Origin: an uncultured Candidatus Saccharibacteria bacterium
GTDB taxonomy: Bacteria > Patescibacteriota > Minisyncoccia > Phycocordibacterales > CAIRYW01
Direction: 5' to 3'
Length of the DNA: 64,000 bases
Assembly: GCA_964446625.1 (NCBI GenBank)
Contig: CAYUPH010000001.1
Location: 6,283-70,282, forward strand
Shown here: one piece after another, positions 36,530 through 46,547 of the stretch
How positions within the stretch are numbered: the first letter of the stretch is position 1
Layout of the letters: every line of letters begins with the position of its first letter
Notes under the pieces: generated by a model
What the model was told of the DNA's origin: nothing
Databases searched by the model: none
Seen by the model: the letters and a program-made list of their open reading frames with translations, nothing else
Position numbers and translations under genes: made by a program

Positions 36530-37720
36530 TTATTTTACAATCTTTGTCACCACTCCCGCTCCTACTGTTTTACCTCCTTCTCGAATCGCAAATCGCTGCT
36601 TTTCTTCAAGAGCAACAGGGGCAACTAGTTTTACTTTAAAAGTAACTGTATCTCCTGGCATAACCATTTCTACTCCTTCGTTTAGTGTTACTTCTCCAGT
36701 AACGTCAGTTGTTCGGATGTAGAACTGTGGTTTGTATCCTGTGAAGAATGGTGTGTGTCGTCCTCCTTCTTCCTTCTTTAGGATGTACACTTCTGATTCG
36801 AAATCAGTGTGTGGAGTTACAGAACCTGTCTTCGCAAGAACCTGTCCTCGAGTGATGTCTTCTTTTTTAAGACCTCGAAGAAGGATTCCAGCGTTGTCTC
36901 CAGCCATTCCTTCGTTAAGCTGTTTGTTGAACATTTCAATACCTGTAATTGTAGTCTTTGCAGTGTCTTTTAGACCTACAATTTCAACTTCTTCTCCTAC
37001 TTTACAGATACCTCGTTCGATTCGTCCTGTTACTACTGTTCCTCGTCCTTCAATAGAGAAGATGTCCTCTACTGGCATAAGGAAAGGTTTGTCAGTTTCT
37101 CGAACTGGAACTGGGATGTATGTATCGAGAGCTTCAGTAAGCTTTAGAACAGCCTGTGACCATTCATCATCTGTTCCTGTAGCTTCTAGAGCTTTTAGTC
37201 CAGAACCTCGGATAACTGGGCAGTCTTTGTCATACCCCTGGCTTCCTAGGAGGTCTCGAACCTCTTCTTCTACAAGGTCAATAAGTTCTTTGTCGGCTAC
37301 CATATCGCATTTGTTTAGGAATACGATAATCTTTGGCACACCTACTTGCTTAGCAAGAAGAACGTGCTCTCTAGTTTGAGGCATAACTCCGTCTGTCGCT
37401 GCAATTACAAGAATCGCACCGTCCATCTGAGCCGCACCAGTAATCATGTTCTTGATGTAGTCGGCGTGACCTGGAGCATCGATGTGAGCATAGTGTCGAG
37501 ACGCTGTAGAGTACTCGTTGTGAGAAAGGTTGATTGTAATTCCTCGTGCCTTCTCTTCTGGGGCGTTGTCAATTTGATCAACAGCCTTAAGCTTTACATC
37601 GTTACCTGCTCGTGCAAGTACATTCAAAATAGCCGCGGTAAGAGTAGTCTTTCCGTGGTCAACGTGGCCAATTGTACCTACGTTTACGTGAGGTTTTGAC
37701 CTATCAAAAACTTCTGCCAT
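36530..37720 (-). CDS. tuf: Elongation factor Tu
   Basis: [49 protein letters not shown]. Confidence 0.99.
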   Translation of the reverse strand: MAEVFDRSKPHVNVGTIGHVDHGKTTLTAAILNVLARAGNDVKLKAVDQIDNAPEEKARGITINLSHNEYSTASRHYAHIDAPGHADYIKNMITGAAQMDGAILVIAATDGVMPQTREHVLLAKQVGVPKIIVFLNKCDMVADKELIDLVEEEVRDLLGSQGYDKDCPVIRGSGLKALEATGTDDEWSQAVLKLTEALDTYIPVPVRETDKPFLMPVEDIFSIEGRGTVVTGRIERGICKVGEEVEIVGLKDTAKTTITGIEMFNKQLNEGMAGDNAGILLRGLKKEDITRGQVLAKTGSVTPHTDFESEVYILKKEEGGRHTPFFTGYKPQFYIRTTDVTGEVTLNEGVEMVMPGDTVTFKVKLVAPVALEEKQRFAIREGGKTVGAGVVTKIVK

Positions 37721-37919
37721 AGTGTTTTTTTATTAGTTTTATAATTTGGAACTAATTCTCCTTAAGAAAAGGCGCGAGATTGCCTTTCTTAAAGTAACTT
37801 AGAACCGGTTTTTTTAATATTAGCAGTCTTGTAGCTCGTCTCTTTAGAACAAGAAACAAAAGACGCGTGTCCCGTATACTAACAAAATTTAAGTTTCTGT
37901 CAAATTTTGACTCTTTCCT

Positions 37920-38516
37920 CTACTCAATAAGACCGATTTTGTTGTAAATCACCTGGTGAGGGTAGTCGAAAACATCCCGAACGAGCTTGTCCCCAATACT
38001 AAGGCGGTACTTAAAGTCTTCTGTATCAAGAAGACAATAACTGATTTCCTTGCCGAGCTCTGACTCAATTTCCTTCAAAGTACGATCCAAACCATTTTTC
38101 TTGAACTTATCCCCTACAACTAGCATATCCACTCTACTTTCCGGATTATTTGGGTCGTTTAGAAAAACTCCCGCTACGACACTGAGTCTTAGTCTCCCTG
38201 ATTTTTGAAGTCGTCTAATAATTGCATCCTCTGTAAAAGTGGTTACTTTCATAAGGAATTCCCTGAGGTCATGCGTAAATGCAAAATTAGGATTAAAAAA
38301 GAAAACGCGCTTGTAGTGGGCTTTTTCACGGACTTTTCTTGATTTTACAAGTGAAATTTTTGAAAGCACCCCAAGCTGTCGTTTTACATCACTCTCGCTT
38401 CCTTTAATTTTTTGCTTTACCTCTGAAAGAGTAAACTGCAATTCTGGGTTAAAAATAAAGAGTTTTACCAGTTTTACCTTTGTCGCACTTCCAAATAATT
38501 TTTCTAAAATATCCAT
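37920..38516 (-). CDS. Winged-helix protein fused to a degenerate minimal nucleotidyltransferase-like domain
   Basis: LEKLFGSATKVKLVKLF wHTH; C-terminal AGVF...SRVDMLVVGD...ESELGKEISY. Confidence 0.75.
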   Translation of the reverse strand: MDILEKLFGSATKVKLVKLFIFNPELQFTLSEVKQKIKGSESDVKRQLGVLSKISLVKSRKVREKAHYKRVFFFNPNFAFTHDLREFLMKVTTFTEDAIIRRLQKSGRLRLSVVAGVFLNDPNNPESRVDMLVVGDKFKKNGLDRTLKEIESELGKEISYCLLDTEDFKYRLSIGDKLVRDVFDYPHQVIYNKIGLIE

Positions 38517-38545
38517 ATTGTGATTGTACCAAAAAAAGGAGAAAG

Positions 38546-38572
38546 CAAAAACCGCCCGAAGGGCGGTTTTTG
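38546..38572 (-). terminator. Terminator after rplL
   Basis: CAAAAACCGCCC-gaa-GGGCGGTTTTTG. Confidence 0.8.
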
Positions 38573-38607
38573 TGTTGTTTTGGTTTTTTGACCAAAAGTA
38601 GGAAAAA

Positions 38608-38976
38608 CTACTTAAGTGTTACTTTTCCTCCAGCATCTTCAATCTGTTTCTTGATTGAATCAGCTTCTTCCTTCTTTACTCCTTCCTTCAGAACTTTTGG
38701 AGCAGAATCAACTGCACCCTTTGCTTCTGCAAGACCGAGACCAAGGATTTCTTTTACAACTTTAATAACTGCAATCTTGTTTGCTCCAGCGTCTGTAAGC
38801 TCAATAGCAAAGCTTGACTGCTCTTCAGCAGCAGAAGCTCCAGCTCCTGCAGCAGGTGCAGCAGCAACAGCAGCTGCAGAAACACCGAATTTTTCTTCGA
38901 TTGCCTTTACAAGATCGTTCAGTTCGAGAACTGAAGCATTCTCTAGGTCAGACAAAAATGAATCAAATTTTGACAT
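38608..38976 (-). CDS. rplL: 50S ribosomal protein bL12
   Basis: [32 protein letters not shown]. Confidence 0.97.
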   Translation of the reverse strand: MSKFDSFLSDLENASVLELNDLVKAIEEKFGVSAAAVAAAPAAGAGASAAEEQSSFAIELTDAGANKIAVIKVVKEILGLGLAEAKGAVDSAPKVLKEGVKKEEADSIKKQIEDAGGKVTLK

Positions 38977-38994
38977 AATGGATTTGTTTAACTA

Positions 38995-39483
38995 CTAATT
39001 CTTTTTCTTTGCAACTTCGTTTACTGCAATAGCAATTCGTTGCATTGGGCTCTTCAAAAGGAAAGCAATCTGAGAAAGAAGAACTTCTCGAGATGGAATA
39101 GAAGCAATTGCTTTCATAGCATCTCTGTTTTTGTATTCTCCTTCAAAAACTCCACCAAGAATCTTGATTTTGTCTTTAAGCTTTTTCTCAAATTCGTTTA
39201 CTTCTCGAGCAGGAGAAAGCTGGTCTACCCCATAAGCGATGGCAAACTCTCCTTCTAGCTCAGGAATTTCTCCCTTGTAGCCTCTTTCCTGAAGAACTTT
39301 CTTTGCAAGAGTTTTCTTTGCAACTGAAAATGAAACATTTTCTGCACGAAGAGCCTTTCGCAATTCTGTTACTTCAGACACAGGAAGACCTTTAAATCCA
39401 ACAAAAACCACTGACCCAGCGTCAGAAAGACCTTTTGTTAGTTTTTCTAAAATCTCTTCCTTTTTTGCTCGTGTAATTGGCAT
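38995..39483 (-). CDS. rplJ: 50S ribosomal protein uL10
   Basis: GLPVSEVTELRKALR, VAKKTL, IASIPSREVL. Confidence 0.96.
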   Translation of the reverse strand: MPITRAKKEEILEKLTKGLSDAGSVVFVGFKGLPVSEVTELRKALRAENVSFSVAKKTLAKKVLQERGYKGEIPELEGEFAIAYGVDQLSPAREVNEFEKKLKDKIKILGGVFEGEYKNRDAMKAIASIPSREVLLSQIAFLLKSPMQRIAIAVNEVAKKKN

Positions 39484-39509
39484 ATGTAAGAACTTTTTCT
39501 TTTAACACA

Positions 39510-39612
39510 AAATCGACCTCTTCAGGGCCTCAAACGCACATAGAGTGAGCATAAATACTCAATACCTCGATAGGTCTTAATCGCTTTTGGCGTGCCTATT
39601 GTCTTTGGCCTG
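39510..39612 (-). promoter_or_regulatory. L10 leader RNA (uL10-bL12 autoregulation)
   Basis: Minus strand CCAAAGACAATAGGC...TTAAGACCTATCGAGG matches the L10_leader pattern; promoter TTGACT-16-TAGACT at 39621-39648. Confidence 0.75.
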
Positions 39613-39649
39613 ATAAAAGCAGTCTACAAGAAAACACTAAAAAGTCAAA

Positions 39650-40951
39650 CTATTTTGCTCCTAAAATTGCGTTTAGTTTTTCTCTGGTCTTTGGACCCAC
39701 AGTACCTGTTTGAGACACGCCAACTGAGGCTTGGAATCGCTTTACCGCTCCTTCTGTTGCTCTACCAAAGTAAGTTGTTTCTTTTCCTCTTGAGCCATTT
39801 CCAGTTGTCGCAATAGCAAAACCTATTTGATTTAAAACTGTTTGTAGAGCCTTCACCTCAGTATCACTGACTCCAAAATACAAAGTTTTAGTAAAAGTAA
39901 AACCTGAACCCATATTAAATACTCCTTCAGTAGCGCCAAAATTACCACCTACAGCTACCGTATTTCCTGTATCCCCATATGCAATATACGATGTTGAAGG
40001 TTGTGGTATGTACCCTGGATATTTACCTTGTACATATTGCTGTTCTGATGCTGATCCTCCGTTTGTATATAAGAAGTAGGCACCGTCCGCTGTTTTTACA
40101 TATCCAGAAGGATTAGTTCCGTAAGCGACTGTATTTTTTATTGAAGAATCATACGAAGGGTACTTTGACGTACTCTGCCGTATATATCCACTAGGAAGAT
40201 TATTGTAATTATCATAATCTGTTTGAATTTGATTATCATAAGATACATATGACCCCTCTTGTCTATAATTTACATAGTACTTACTTGGATTATCCTTAGT
40301 TGAAGTACCGTTGGAATAAGAAAAACTTGATGTGCTCATCACAACATAATTCCCAATGTAACTTCCATAAACAGATGACGTACTTGTTGTACCGTACCCA
40401 AAGCTTCTGTAGCCAGTTGTAGTAGCATATCCGTAACTACCTACTGGCGTAGATGTTGCTGTGTTGGGATAGTTTCCAAATCCACTTCCTCTATCATTAG
40501 GAATGTCAATAAGATTTATTTGCAGACTCTTTTCAGTATCCTTTTTAGGAGATCCATTATCTGTTACTTTTACCCTAAGAGTAAAACTATGGTATTTTTC
40601 GTAATCCAAAAGAATAGGTGTCCGAATGTATACATATCCTAACTGATCAATTCCAAAAGCTGTTGCGCTTGTGTTTCCTGTCTTGTGAGGATTACCTGAC
40701 ACAATTTCAAACTTATGACTCTGATTTTCATTATTATTTGTAACAACAACTTGGGCAATCGGAAATGAATGATCACTGTTTTCATAAAATTCTATAACAC
40801 AATCCGCTTCACATTTATCACCAGAAAAGAACCAAGCTAATTCAGGTGGTTGATTTGGTGTACTCGTAGCTGTTGTTGTTGCAGTGTCCGCGTACGAAAG
40901 TAGAGGGGTAAAAAAGAAAAGTGCAAATATAAAAAGATGTATTTTTTTCAT
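39650..40951 (-). CDS. Secreted protein: cadherin-like domain, Tyr/Ser/Thr/Gly-rich linker, C-terminal peptidoglycan-binding domain
   Basis: Signal peptide; LDYE...LRVKVTDNGSP...INLID; LYFGVSDTEVKALQ...YFGRATEGAVKRFQ...TGTVGPKTR. Confidence 0.85.
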   Translation of the reverse strand: MKKIHLFIFALFFFTPLLSYADTATTTATSTPNQPPELAWFFSGDKCEADCVIEFYENSDHSFPIAQVVVTNNNENQSHKFEIVSGNPHKTGNTSATAFGIDQLGYVYIRTPILLDYEKYHSFTLRVKVTDNGSPKKDTEKSLQINLIDIPNDRGSGFGNYPNTATSTPVGSYGYATTTGYRSFGYGTTSTSSVYGSYIGNYVVMSTSSFSYSNGTSTKDNPSKYYVNYRQEGSYVSYDNQIQTDYDNYNNLPSGYIRQSTSKYPSYDSSIKNTVAYGTNPSGYVKTADGAYFLYTNGGSASEQQYVQGKYPGYIPQPSTSYIAYGDTGNTVAVGGNFGATEGVFNMGSGFTFTKTLYFGVSDTEVKALQTVLNQIGFAIATTGNGSRGKETTYFGRATEGAVKRFQASVGVSQTGTVGPKTREKLNAILGAK

Positions 40952-40972
40952 GCTTTTTATTATACCAACACT

Positions 40973-41016
40973 TTCAAAACAAAAAAATCCCCTACTGGGG
41001 ATTTTTTTGTTTTGAA
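40973..41016 (-). terminator. Terminator after fusA
   Basis: TTCAAAACAAAAAAATCCCC-tact-GGGGATTTTTTTGTTTTGAA. Confidence 0.85.
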
Positions 41017-43158
41017 TTACTTTCGAGATTCAACGATTGTTTTCTCAACGTTTGGTGGAACAACCTCATAGTGATCGAATTCCATTGTTGAGCTCGCTCG
41101 TCCTTCTGTAAGAGATCGAAGACTTGTAACATATCCGAACATTTCAGAAAGTGGCACCATGGCAAGGATTACTTTGTTTTGACCTCGGTCTCCCATAGAA
41201 ACGATTTGAGCTCGCTTTGAGTTAAGGTTTCCAGTAACGTCTCCCATGAATTTCTCTGGAGTCACTACCTCAACTTTCATAATAGGCTCAAGAATCACAG
41301 GTCGCGCTCGCTTTGCAGCATCTTGGAATGCCTGGCTCGCAGCAATCTTGTAGGCAATTTCAGATGAGTCCACATCATGGTAACTACCGAATGTAAGTTC
41401 ACAAGATACATTTACAAGGTTAAAGCCTGCAACAATTCCTCGCTCCATCGCTTCTTTTACACCTTTTTCAACAGCAGGGATAAATTCTCCTGGAATAACT
41501 CCTCCTTTAATTGAGTCAATAAACTCAAATCCTTCTTCTCTGTGCACATTTTTTGGAATCTTCTCTCCTTCTGGCCACGCTTCTAGAGGCTTGATTGTAA
41601 TCTTAACGTGTCCGTACTGTCCTTTACCTCCAGACTGTTTAATATATTTGTGCTCAGCCTCAGCAGAACCTTGAATTGTTTCTCGGTATGCTACCTGTGG
41701 CTTACCAACATTTGCTTCCACGTTAAACTCTCGCTTCATTCGGTCGATCATAATTTCGAGATGAAGCTCTCCCATACCTGCGATAAGTGTCTCGCCAGTT
41801 TCTTGGTTTGATGAAATTCTAAATGTTGGATCTTCATCAGAAAGTTTCTTGAGAGCCATACCCATTTTCTCCTGGTCTGCTTTTGTCTTTGGTTCAATTC
41901 GAAGAGACACTACTGGCTCAGCAAATTTAATTGGGTCAAGAATAATTGGTTTTGTTTCATCACAGAATGTATGAGAAGTCTTCGCTTCCTTTAGTCCTAC
42001 CGCAGCCGCAATTTCTCCTGCAAAAACTTTCTTTACTTCTTCTCGCTTGTTTGCTTGAAGTCGTACGATTCGTCCAAGTCGCTCTTTGTTTCCTGTAGTT
42101 GAGTTATAAAGATAACTTCCAGCTTCAACAGTTCCTGAATACACTCTAAAGAATGTGAGCTGTCCTACGAATGGATCCGTTTGAAGTTTGAACGCAAGAG
42201 CTGCAAATGGCTCATCGTCTTTTGCATGTCTTACGATTTCTTCGTTTGTATTTGGATCGATTCCTTTTACTGCTGGAATATCAAGAGGAGATGGTAGGTA
42301 TTCAATAACCGCATCGAGTACAAGCTGAACTCCTTTGTTCTTAAGAGCTGACCCTGTAAACACCGGGAAAAACTGGTTTGCAATTGTTGCTTTTCGAATT
42401 GTTTCTTTTAGAAGTTCGATAGAAATTTCTTTTCCTTCAAGGTACGCAGCCATAAGCGCGTCATCAAATTCAACAACCTTCTCAACAAGAATCGCTCTAT
42501 ATTTTTTAGCATCTTCAAGGAGTTCTGCTGGAATTTCAACTTCAGTTACTTTGTTTCCCATTTCTCCTTCAAAGCGATACGCTTTCATTTTAAGTAGATC
42601 AACAACCCCTTCGTGTTTATCTTCTTCTCCAATTGGAATCTGCATTCGAACAGCGTTTTTGTTTAGCCTTTCGATGATCGATTGGAAACTTCTCTCAAAA
42701 CTTCCTCCTGTTCGGTCAAGTTTATTGATGAAACAAATTCGCGGTACATGGTATTTGTCGGCTTGTCGCCATACAGTTTCTGACTGTGGCTCTACTCCGG
42801 CTACTCCGTCGAATACAACAACTCCACCGTCGAGAACCTTTAGTGATCGCTCTACCTCCACGGTAAAGTCCACGTGACCCGGTGTGTCGATGATGTTAAA
42901 TCGGTGCTTCTTTGAAGTATCAGCACCCATGTATGTTGGATTCCAAAAACAAGTAATCGCAGCAGCAGTAATTGTAATACCTCGCTCTTTTTCTTGTTCC
43001 ATCCAGTCGGTTGTTGCCTCTCCTTCGTGTACCTCCCCAATTTTGTGGGACATACCCGTGTAATAAAGAATACGCTCAGAAGTTGTTGTCTTTCCGGCGT
43101 CAATGTGAGCGATAATTCCGAAGTTTCGGACTCGCTCGAGTGGATAATCTCGATTCAT
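41017..43158 (-). CDS. fusA: Elongation factor G
   Basis: [45 protein letters not shown]. Confidence 0.99.
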   Translation of the reverse strand: MNRDYPLERVRNFGIIAHIDAGKTTTSERILYYTGMSHKIGEVHEGEATTDWMEQEKERGITITAAAITCFWNPTYMGADTSKKHRFNIIDTPGHVDFTVEVERSLKVLDGGVVVFDGVAGVEPQSETVWRQADKYHVPRICFINKLDRTGGSFERSFQSIIERLNKNAVRMQIPIGEEDKHEGVVDLLKMKAYRFEGEMGNKVTEVEIPAELLEDAKKYRAILVEKVVEFDDALMAAYLEGKEISIELLKETIRKATIANQFFPVFTGSALKNKGVQLVLDAVIEYLPSPLDIPAVKGIDPNTNEEIVRHAKDDEPFAALAFKLQTDPFVGQLTFFRVYSGTVEAGSYLYNSTTGNKERLGRIVRLQANKREEVKKVFAGEIAAAVGLKEAKTSHTFCDETKPIILDPIKFAEPVVSLRIEPKTKADQEKMGMALKKLSDEDPTFRISSNQETGETLIAGMGELHLEIMIDRMKREFNVEANVGKPQVAYRETIQGSAEAEHKYIKQSGGKGQYGHVKITIKPLEAWPEGEKIPKNVHREEGFEFIDSIKGGVIPGEFIPAVEKGVKEAMERGIVAGFNLVNVSCELTFGSYHDVDSSEIAYKIAASQAFQDAAKRARPVILEPIMKVEVVTPEKFMGDVTGNLNSKRAQIVSMGDRGQNKVILAMVPLSEMFGYVTSLRSLTEGRASSTMEFDHYEVVPPNVEKTIVESRK

Positions 43159-43263
43159 ATACTGTTAATTAATGAGGCTCCCGGCCTCCAATAAATAAAA
43201 AACGAAGGGGTTTCTTCGTGCCCTATAATCTAACGCATTTTCCAAATAAAAGCAAAGTAACTT

Positions 43264-44232
43264 TTAGACAAGAAGGACAAGGCTTGGGAAAAGCGCTCTG
43301 TATGCAAGAAATCCTCCAAGGAGAATTGTAAAAGAAACAACAGCAAAGAAAACCTGTGTCAGGTGATGTGCTCTAAGAGAGCGAACAAGTAAGGTAAGAG
43401 AGAGAAGGACAAGAAGTGCGAGGAGGGCGTAAAGGTATGGAATAAAGCTTGGAAGCTTTTCGAGCGCGAGCAAAACCCTCTCTTTAAACGCAGTTCCCTC
43501 TGGAGTTACTTTTATTTCTTCTGTTGTCGCAAGTCCAAGAACTTCTGTTGAAGAAGCAAGTGCTTCTGCCCTCTCTTCTGAAACGACAAGTGGTGTTGAA
43601 GTAGCTTTCAAAGATTCTTCTTTCTGCTCTTTTGGAAGGATTGCTTCTGCAATCGCTTTTGAAAAACTTTTTGATTTTGGACTACCAAACATTTGAACCA
43701 CAAACACCGACTCTTTACCGTCTACTTTCCCTTTTATTGCGGCAACACCAATTTCTGTATAGTGATTATTTAAAATATTCGCTCGGTGTGTAGGAGAATT
43801 CATCCACGCCTCTGTCACCTCTTCTGATTCAGAAAAATTGATAGCAAGATTTTCTCCCGCGTACTCATATTCGTATCCAGATTCTTTAATAAAATCCCAT
43901 GGAGCGCGACCATCAGGAGTAAAGTGCGCAAAGTATCCACGACTAATCATATCTTCCGCTTTTTTCTCTGCCGCCAATGTAAGCTCCGTGCTCACTTTTA
44001 GGTTTCCGAGGTGTGCTTTCCCCCTCTCTTCATTTGAAAGAAGTGTGACAACTTCGGGGTAAATTGTTCCAATCAAAGTATCAGAAAAGAAAACGCTCCT
44101 ACTTATAAAACCAACTCCAATAATTAGAAGAGACAGAATCATTACAACGACAACCCCACTTTGCCTAAGCAAGTGGGGTGTGTAGTCGTTTCCCTCGTGG
44201 GGAAGAATTGCATTTTTGAGTAAAACTTTCAT
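43264..44232 (-). CDS. Membrane-anchored CAP (SCP/PR-1) domain protein
   Basis: KAEDM...YFAH, YEYAGENLA, AWMNSPTHRANIL, EIGVA, VVQMFG; N- and C-terminal TMs. Confidence 0.92.
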   Translation of the reverse strand: MKVLLKNAILPHEGNDYTPHLLRQSGVVVVMILSLLIIGVGFISRSVFFSDTLIGTIYPEVVTLLSNEERGKAHLGNLKVSTELTLAAEKKAEDMISRGYFAHFTPDGRAPWDFIKESGYEYEYAGENLAINFSESEEVTEAWMNSPTHRANILNNHYTEIGVAAIKGKVDGKESVFVVQMFGSPKSKSFSKAIAEAILPKEQKEESLKATSTPLVVSEERAEALASSTEVLGLATTEEIKVTPEGTAFKERVLLALEKLPSFIPYLYALLALLVLLSLTLLVRSLRAHHLTQVFFAVVSFTILLGGFLAYRALFPSLVLLV

Positions 44233-44267
44233 GGTGTTCACCAGATAATTATAACTCAAAACAAAAC

Positions 44268-44933
44268 TTATTTTAGTTCAGGCTGTGGAATATTAGCGTC
44301 GGGACACTTGTGAGTGTTGATAAACCACTGTGTCATTTTGTACGCGTATCCTGTTGGATTAAGTTGCTCAACCAATCCAGCATCTACCCATGGCTGAAGA
44401 ATTTCGTTTGTATACTTCGCCTGTAGTCTTCGAACTGCCCAGTAAGTAAGTTCTCCGAAAAATCCTGTAACAGGAAGTTTTTCTCCGTTGAACTCATTAA
44501 GGAAAGTCTGAAGTTTCTTTACCTCTTCTACATCGTTTGTCTGACCAATTCGCATGTAAGTTGTGAGGTAAGGCGCACAAGAAAGAGTCTCGCCGTTTGG
44601 ACCTGTTGAGGCACCAAGGACTGCAGCTCCTGATGGAACTGATGATCCTCCTCCAGAACTTCGTCGTGATCCAGATCGTGAACCACCGTTGTTGTTTGAA
44701 GATTCATTTGAACCAGAATCAATATCTCCATCTACAGTTGTTGTATCTGGATCTGGTGTAAATTCCTCTTCTGATTCAGCAGGGCTTTCGTCCACAGTTG
44801 TTGTGTCAGCGTCTGGTGCTGAATCTTCAACTGTAGTTGAATCGGCAACGGGTGCAGATTCCATTGCTCTTACTGTAGTTCCAAGTGCAACTAACATAGC
44901 AAGTGCAGCAAAAATACTTAAAGTTTTTTTCAT
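44268..44933 (-). CDS. Secreted acidic protein with D(S/T)TTV repeats and peptidoglycan-binding domain
   Basis: Signal peptide; three PxxD(S/T)TTV(D/E) repeats; EVKKLQTFLN...TGFFGELTYWAVRRLQ. Confidence 0.82.
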   Translation of the reverse strand: MKKTLSIFAALAMLVALGTTVRAMESAPVADSTTVEDSAPDADTTTVDESPAESEEEFTPDPDTTTVDGDIDSGSNESSNNNGGSRSGSRRSSGGGSSVPSGAAVLGASTGPNGETLSCAPYLTTYMRIGQTNDVEEVKKLQTFLNEFNGEKLPVTGFFGELTYWAVRRLQAKYTNEILQPWVDAGLVEQLNPTGYAYKMTQWFINTHKCPDANIPQPELK

Positions 44934-45056
44934 TTGTCTCTTAAATTACCGATAATTTTTCGGACTGTTAATAAACCAAAGATTAGCATAAATATAAAAA
45001 AAGTCAAGCCCCATTGCGCGAACGCATAGGGGCTTGCTCGATGACAAAGTGGCGGG

Positions 45057-46043
45057 TTAGGGTGCACCGTCGGGAGAAGGTGCGGAGGCACCCATGAGGC
45101 TTTTCAGCCCCAAAGTCGCCTGCACCGGACAGACCTGCAATCTGTAGAACTGCCGCCCGAAGACGCTGGCGTCTCCGAACATCAGGGTGGCTACCCCCGT
45201 GGTCGCCCCATCGGCCCGCCGACTCCATGAAAGGAGATCAGATGAACTTTGGACACACACCACCAAACCTGCTGACTGGAGCGTAGGGTCAAAGACTTCG
45301 ACCTCGACCGTCCCGGCATTGACAGGGGTAAGGCGAGCAACCTCGTCCCATGCCAGCCCATGCCATGACACAAATGTTTGGGTTTCTGGGGATCCTTCCG
45401 AATCAGTGCCTCCAACGACCACAGTCAGCTTGAATCTGACTCGGTTGTTGTAACAGTAACGAAGAATCTGCCCGATGGCAGTCTCGGAGTTGGCTGTGAA
45501 TCCCACACCCACACCGCCATAATCAACACGGTCGCACATTCCTCCCGAGAGCCCGTAGGCCCTCCGGAAGTAGTTAAGAGGCAGCATTGAAGCTGTTGTA
45601 TCGATATTCCCTAGGATTGGATTGTCATCCGAACCTACGAAACTTTGCACGTGAAATGTGGTCTGAGCAAGATTGATTTTCCACCCATCCGTGGCAATAA
45701 TTGTCCCACCGAAGTGCGTGCGATTCCCATACTCTGAGGGCCCAGAGGCAGGCACCTCCCCTCGCCAAAGGCGAGAAAGAGTGGTGCTGGTAATAAGTTC
45801 GCGATAATTAACCGCGCCTCCAGGCTTCCAAACAGCCGCTGAGTAACCTGTCCCCACTGAAGGATTTGATGTGGCTAAGCCCTGCATACGATTGGATGCC
45901 CAGGCTTGCCAATCCACTCCCTCAACCGTATTGTTCACCCCTTCGCGGGGCGCAGCAGCGACTGAAGGGATGAAGGTGAATCCCGCCCACAGATGTGAGT
46001 AAGACAGAACGAGCGCCGCGAGGGTGCAAATCAGTTTTTTCAT
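45057..46043 (-). CDS. GC-rich secreted protein with Verrucomicrobia-type C-terminal domain
   Basis: Signal peptide MKKLICTLAALVL...AG; WRG...EYGNRTHFG core; C-terminal QSSSDLLSW...RQFYRL; own promoter TTGACA-16-TATCCT (46201-46228). Confidence 0.75.
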   Translation of the reverse strand: MKKLICTLAALVLSYSHLWAGFTFIPSVAAAPREGVNNTVEGVDWQAWASNRMQGLATSNPSVGTGYSAAVWKPGGAVNYRELITSTTLSRLWRGEVPASGPSEYGNRTHFGGTIIATDGWKINLAQTTFHVQSFVGSDDNPILGNIDTTASMLPLNYFRRAYGLSGGMCDRVDYGGVGVGFTANSETAIGQILRYCYNNRVRFKLTVVVGGTDSEGSPETQTFVSWHGLAWDEVARLTPVNAGTVEVEVFDPTLQSAGLVVCVQSSSDLLSWSRRADGATTGVATLMFGDASVFGRQFYRLQVCPVQATLGLKSLMGASAPSPDGAP

Positions 46044-46266
46044 GGTTTGGGTATAGTTGCGCGGGAGGAGTGAATCCGCCCGCAAGTTTAGATCAGTTCT
46101 CCTAGACACAGCACTCGCTGAATCAGGCTTTATGGAGGTTGTTTTTTGGGTTGATATAACCTTCAATTACACCTTTGTCGAAGAACTGGTACTGTCGCTA
46201 AGGATACACATTTTTTTCATTTTGTCAATACAAACAAAGCCTTCCCTTTGCCCCACCTCCCCCATC

Positions 46267-46366
46267 TTCAAGGACCGTCCTTGTCAAATTTGAGCCTTAC
46301 TGCATAAGGGTTTTTTGATGACTTTTTTCTGCCCCCTCTCTTTTTTCTTCAAGGGCGGTCCTTGAA
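46267..46366. repeat. Inverted pair of palindromic REP-like units
   Basis: TTCAAGGACCGTCCTTG (46267-46283) and TTCAAGGGCGGTCCTTGAA (46348-46366). Confidence 0.65.
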
Positions 46367-46385
46367 ATATGGTTTCCAAAAAAAC

Positions 46386-46419
46386 AAAAAGCACGGGCCG
46401 GAGGCCCGTGCTTTTTTTT
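46386..46419 (-). terminator. Terminator after rpsG
   Basis: AAAAAGCACGGGCC-gga-GGCCCGTGCTTTTT. Confidence 0.85.
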
Positions 46420-46440
46420 CATTTTTCAACCTAAACGAAA

Positions 46441-46535
46441 GAAAACGCTTTTTTCAAAACCTCGGGAGCCCTGACTGAGGGCATACGGAGAAATTTTTGA
46501 GCACAAAAATTTCGTGTTTTGAAAAAAGTGTTTTC
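46441..46535. repeat. Three-way-junction palindromic element
   Basis: 20-bp outer stem (19/20) enclosing GCCCT/AGGGC and GAAATTTTTG-agca-CAAAAATTTC hairpins. Confidence 0.7.
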
Positions 46536-46547
46536 TGGAGTGACTTT

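Noticed and set aside
44730-44850. Nucleotide repeats ACAGTTGTTGT in the peptidoglycan-binding gene as a non-coding repeat array
   Set aside because: They encode the DTTTV peptide repeats and diverge at synonymous sites.
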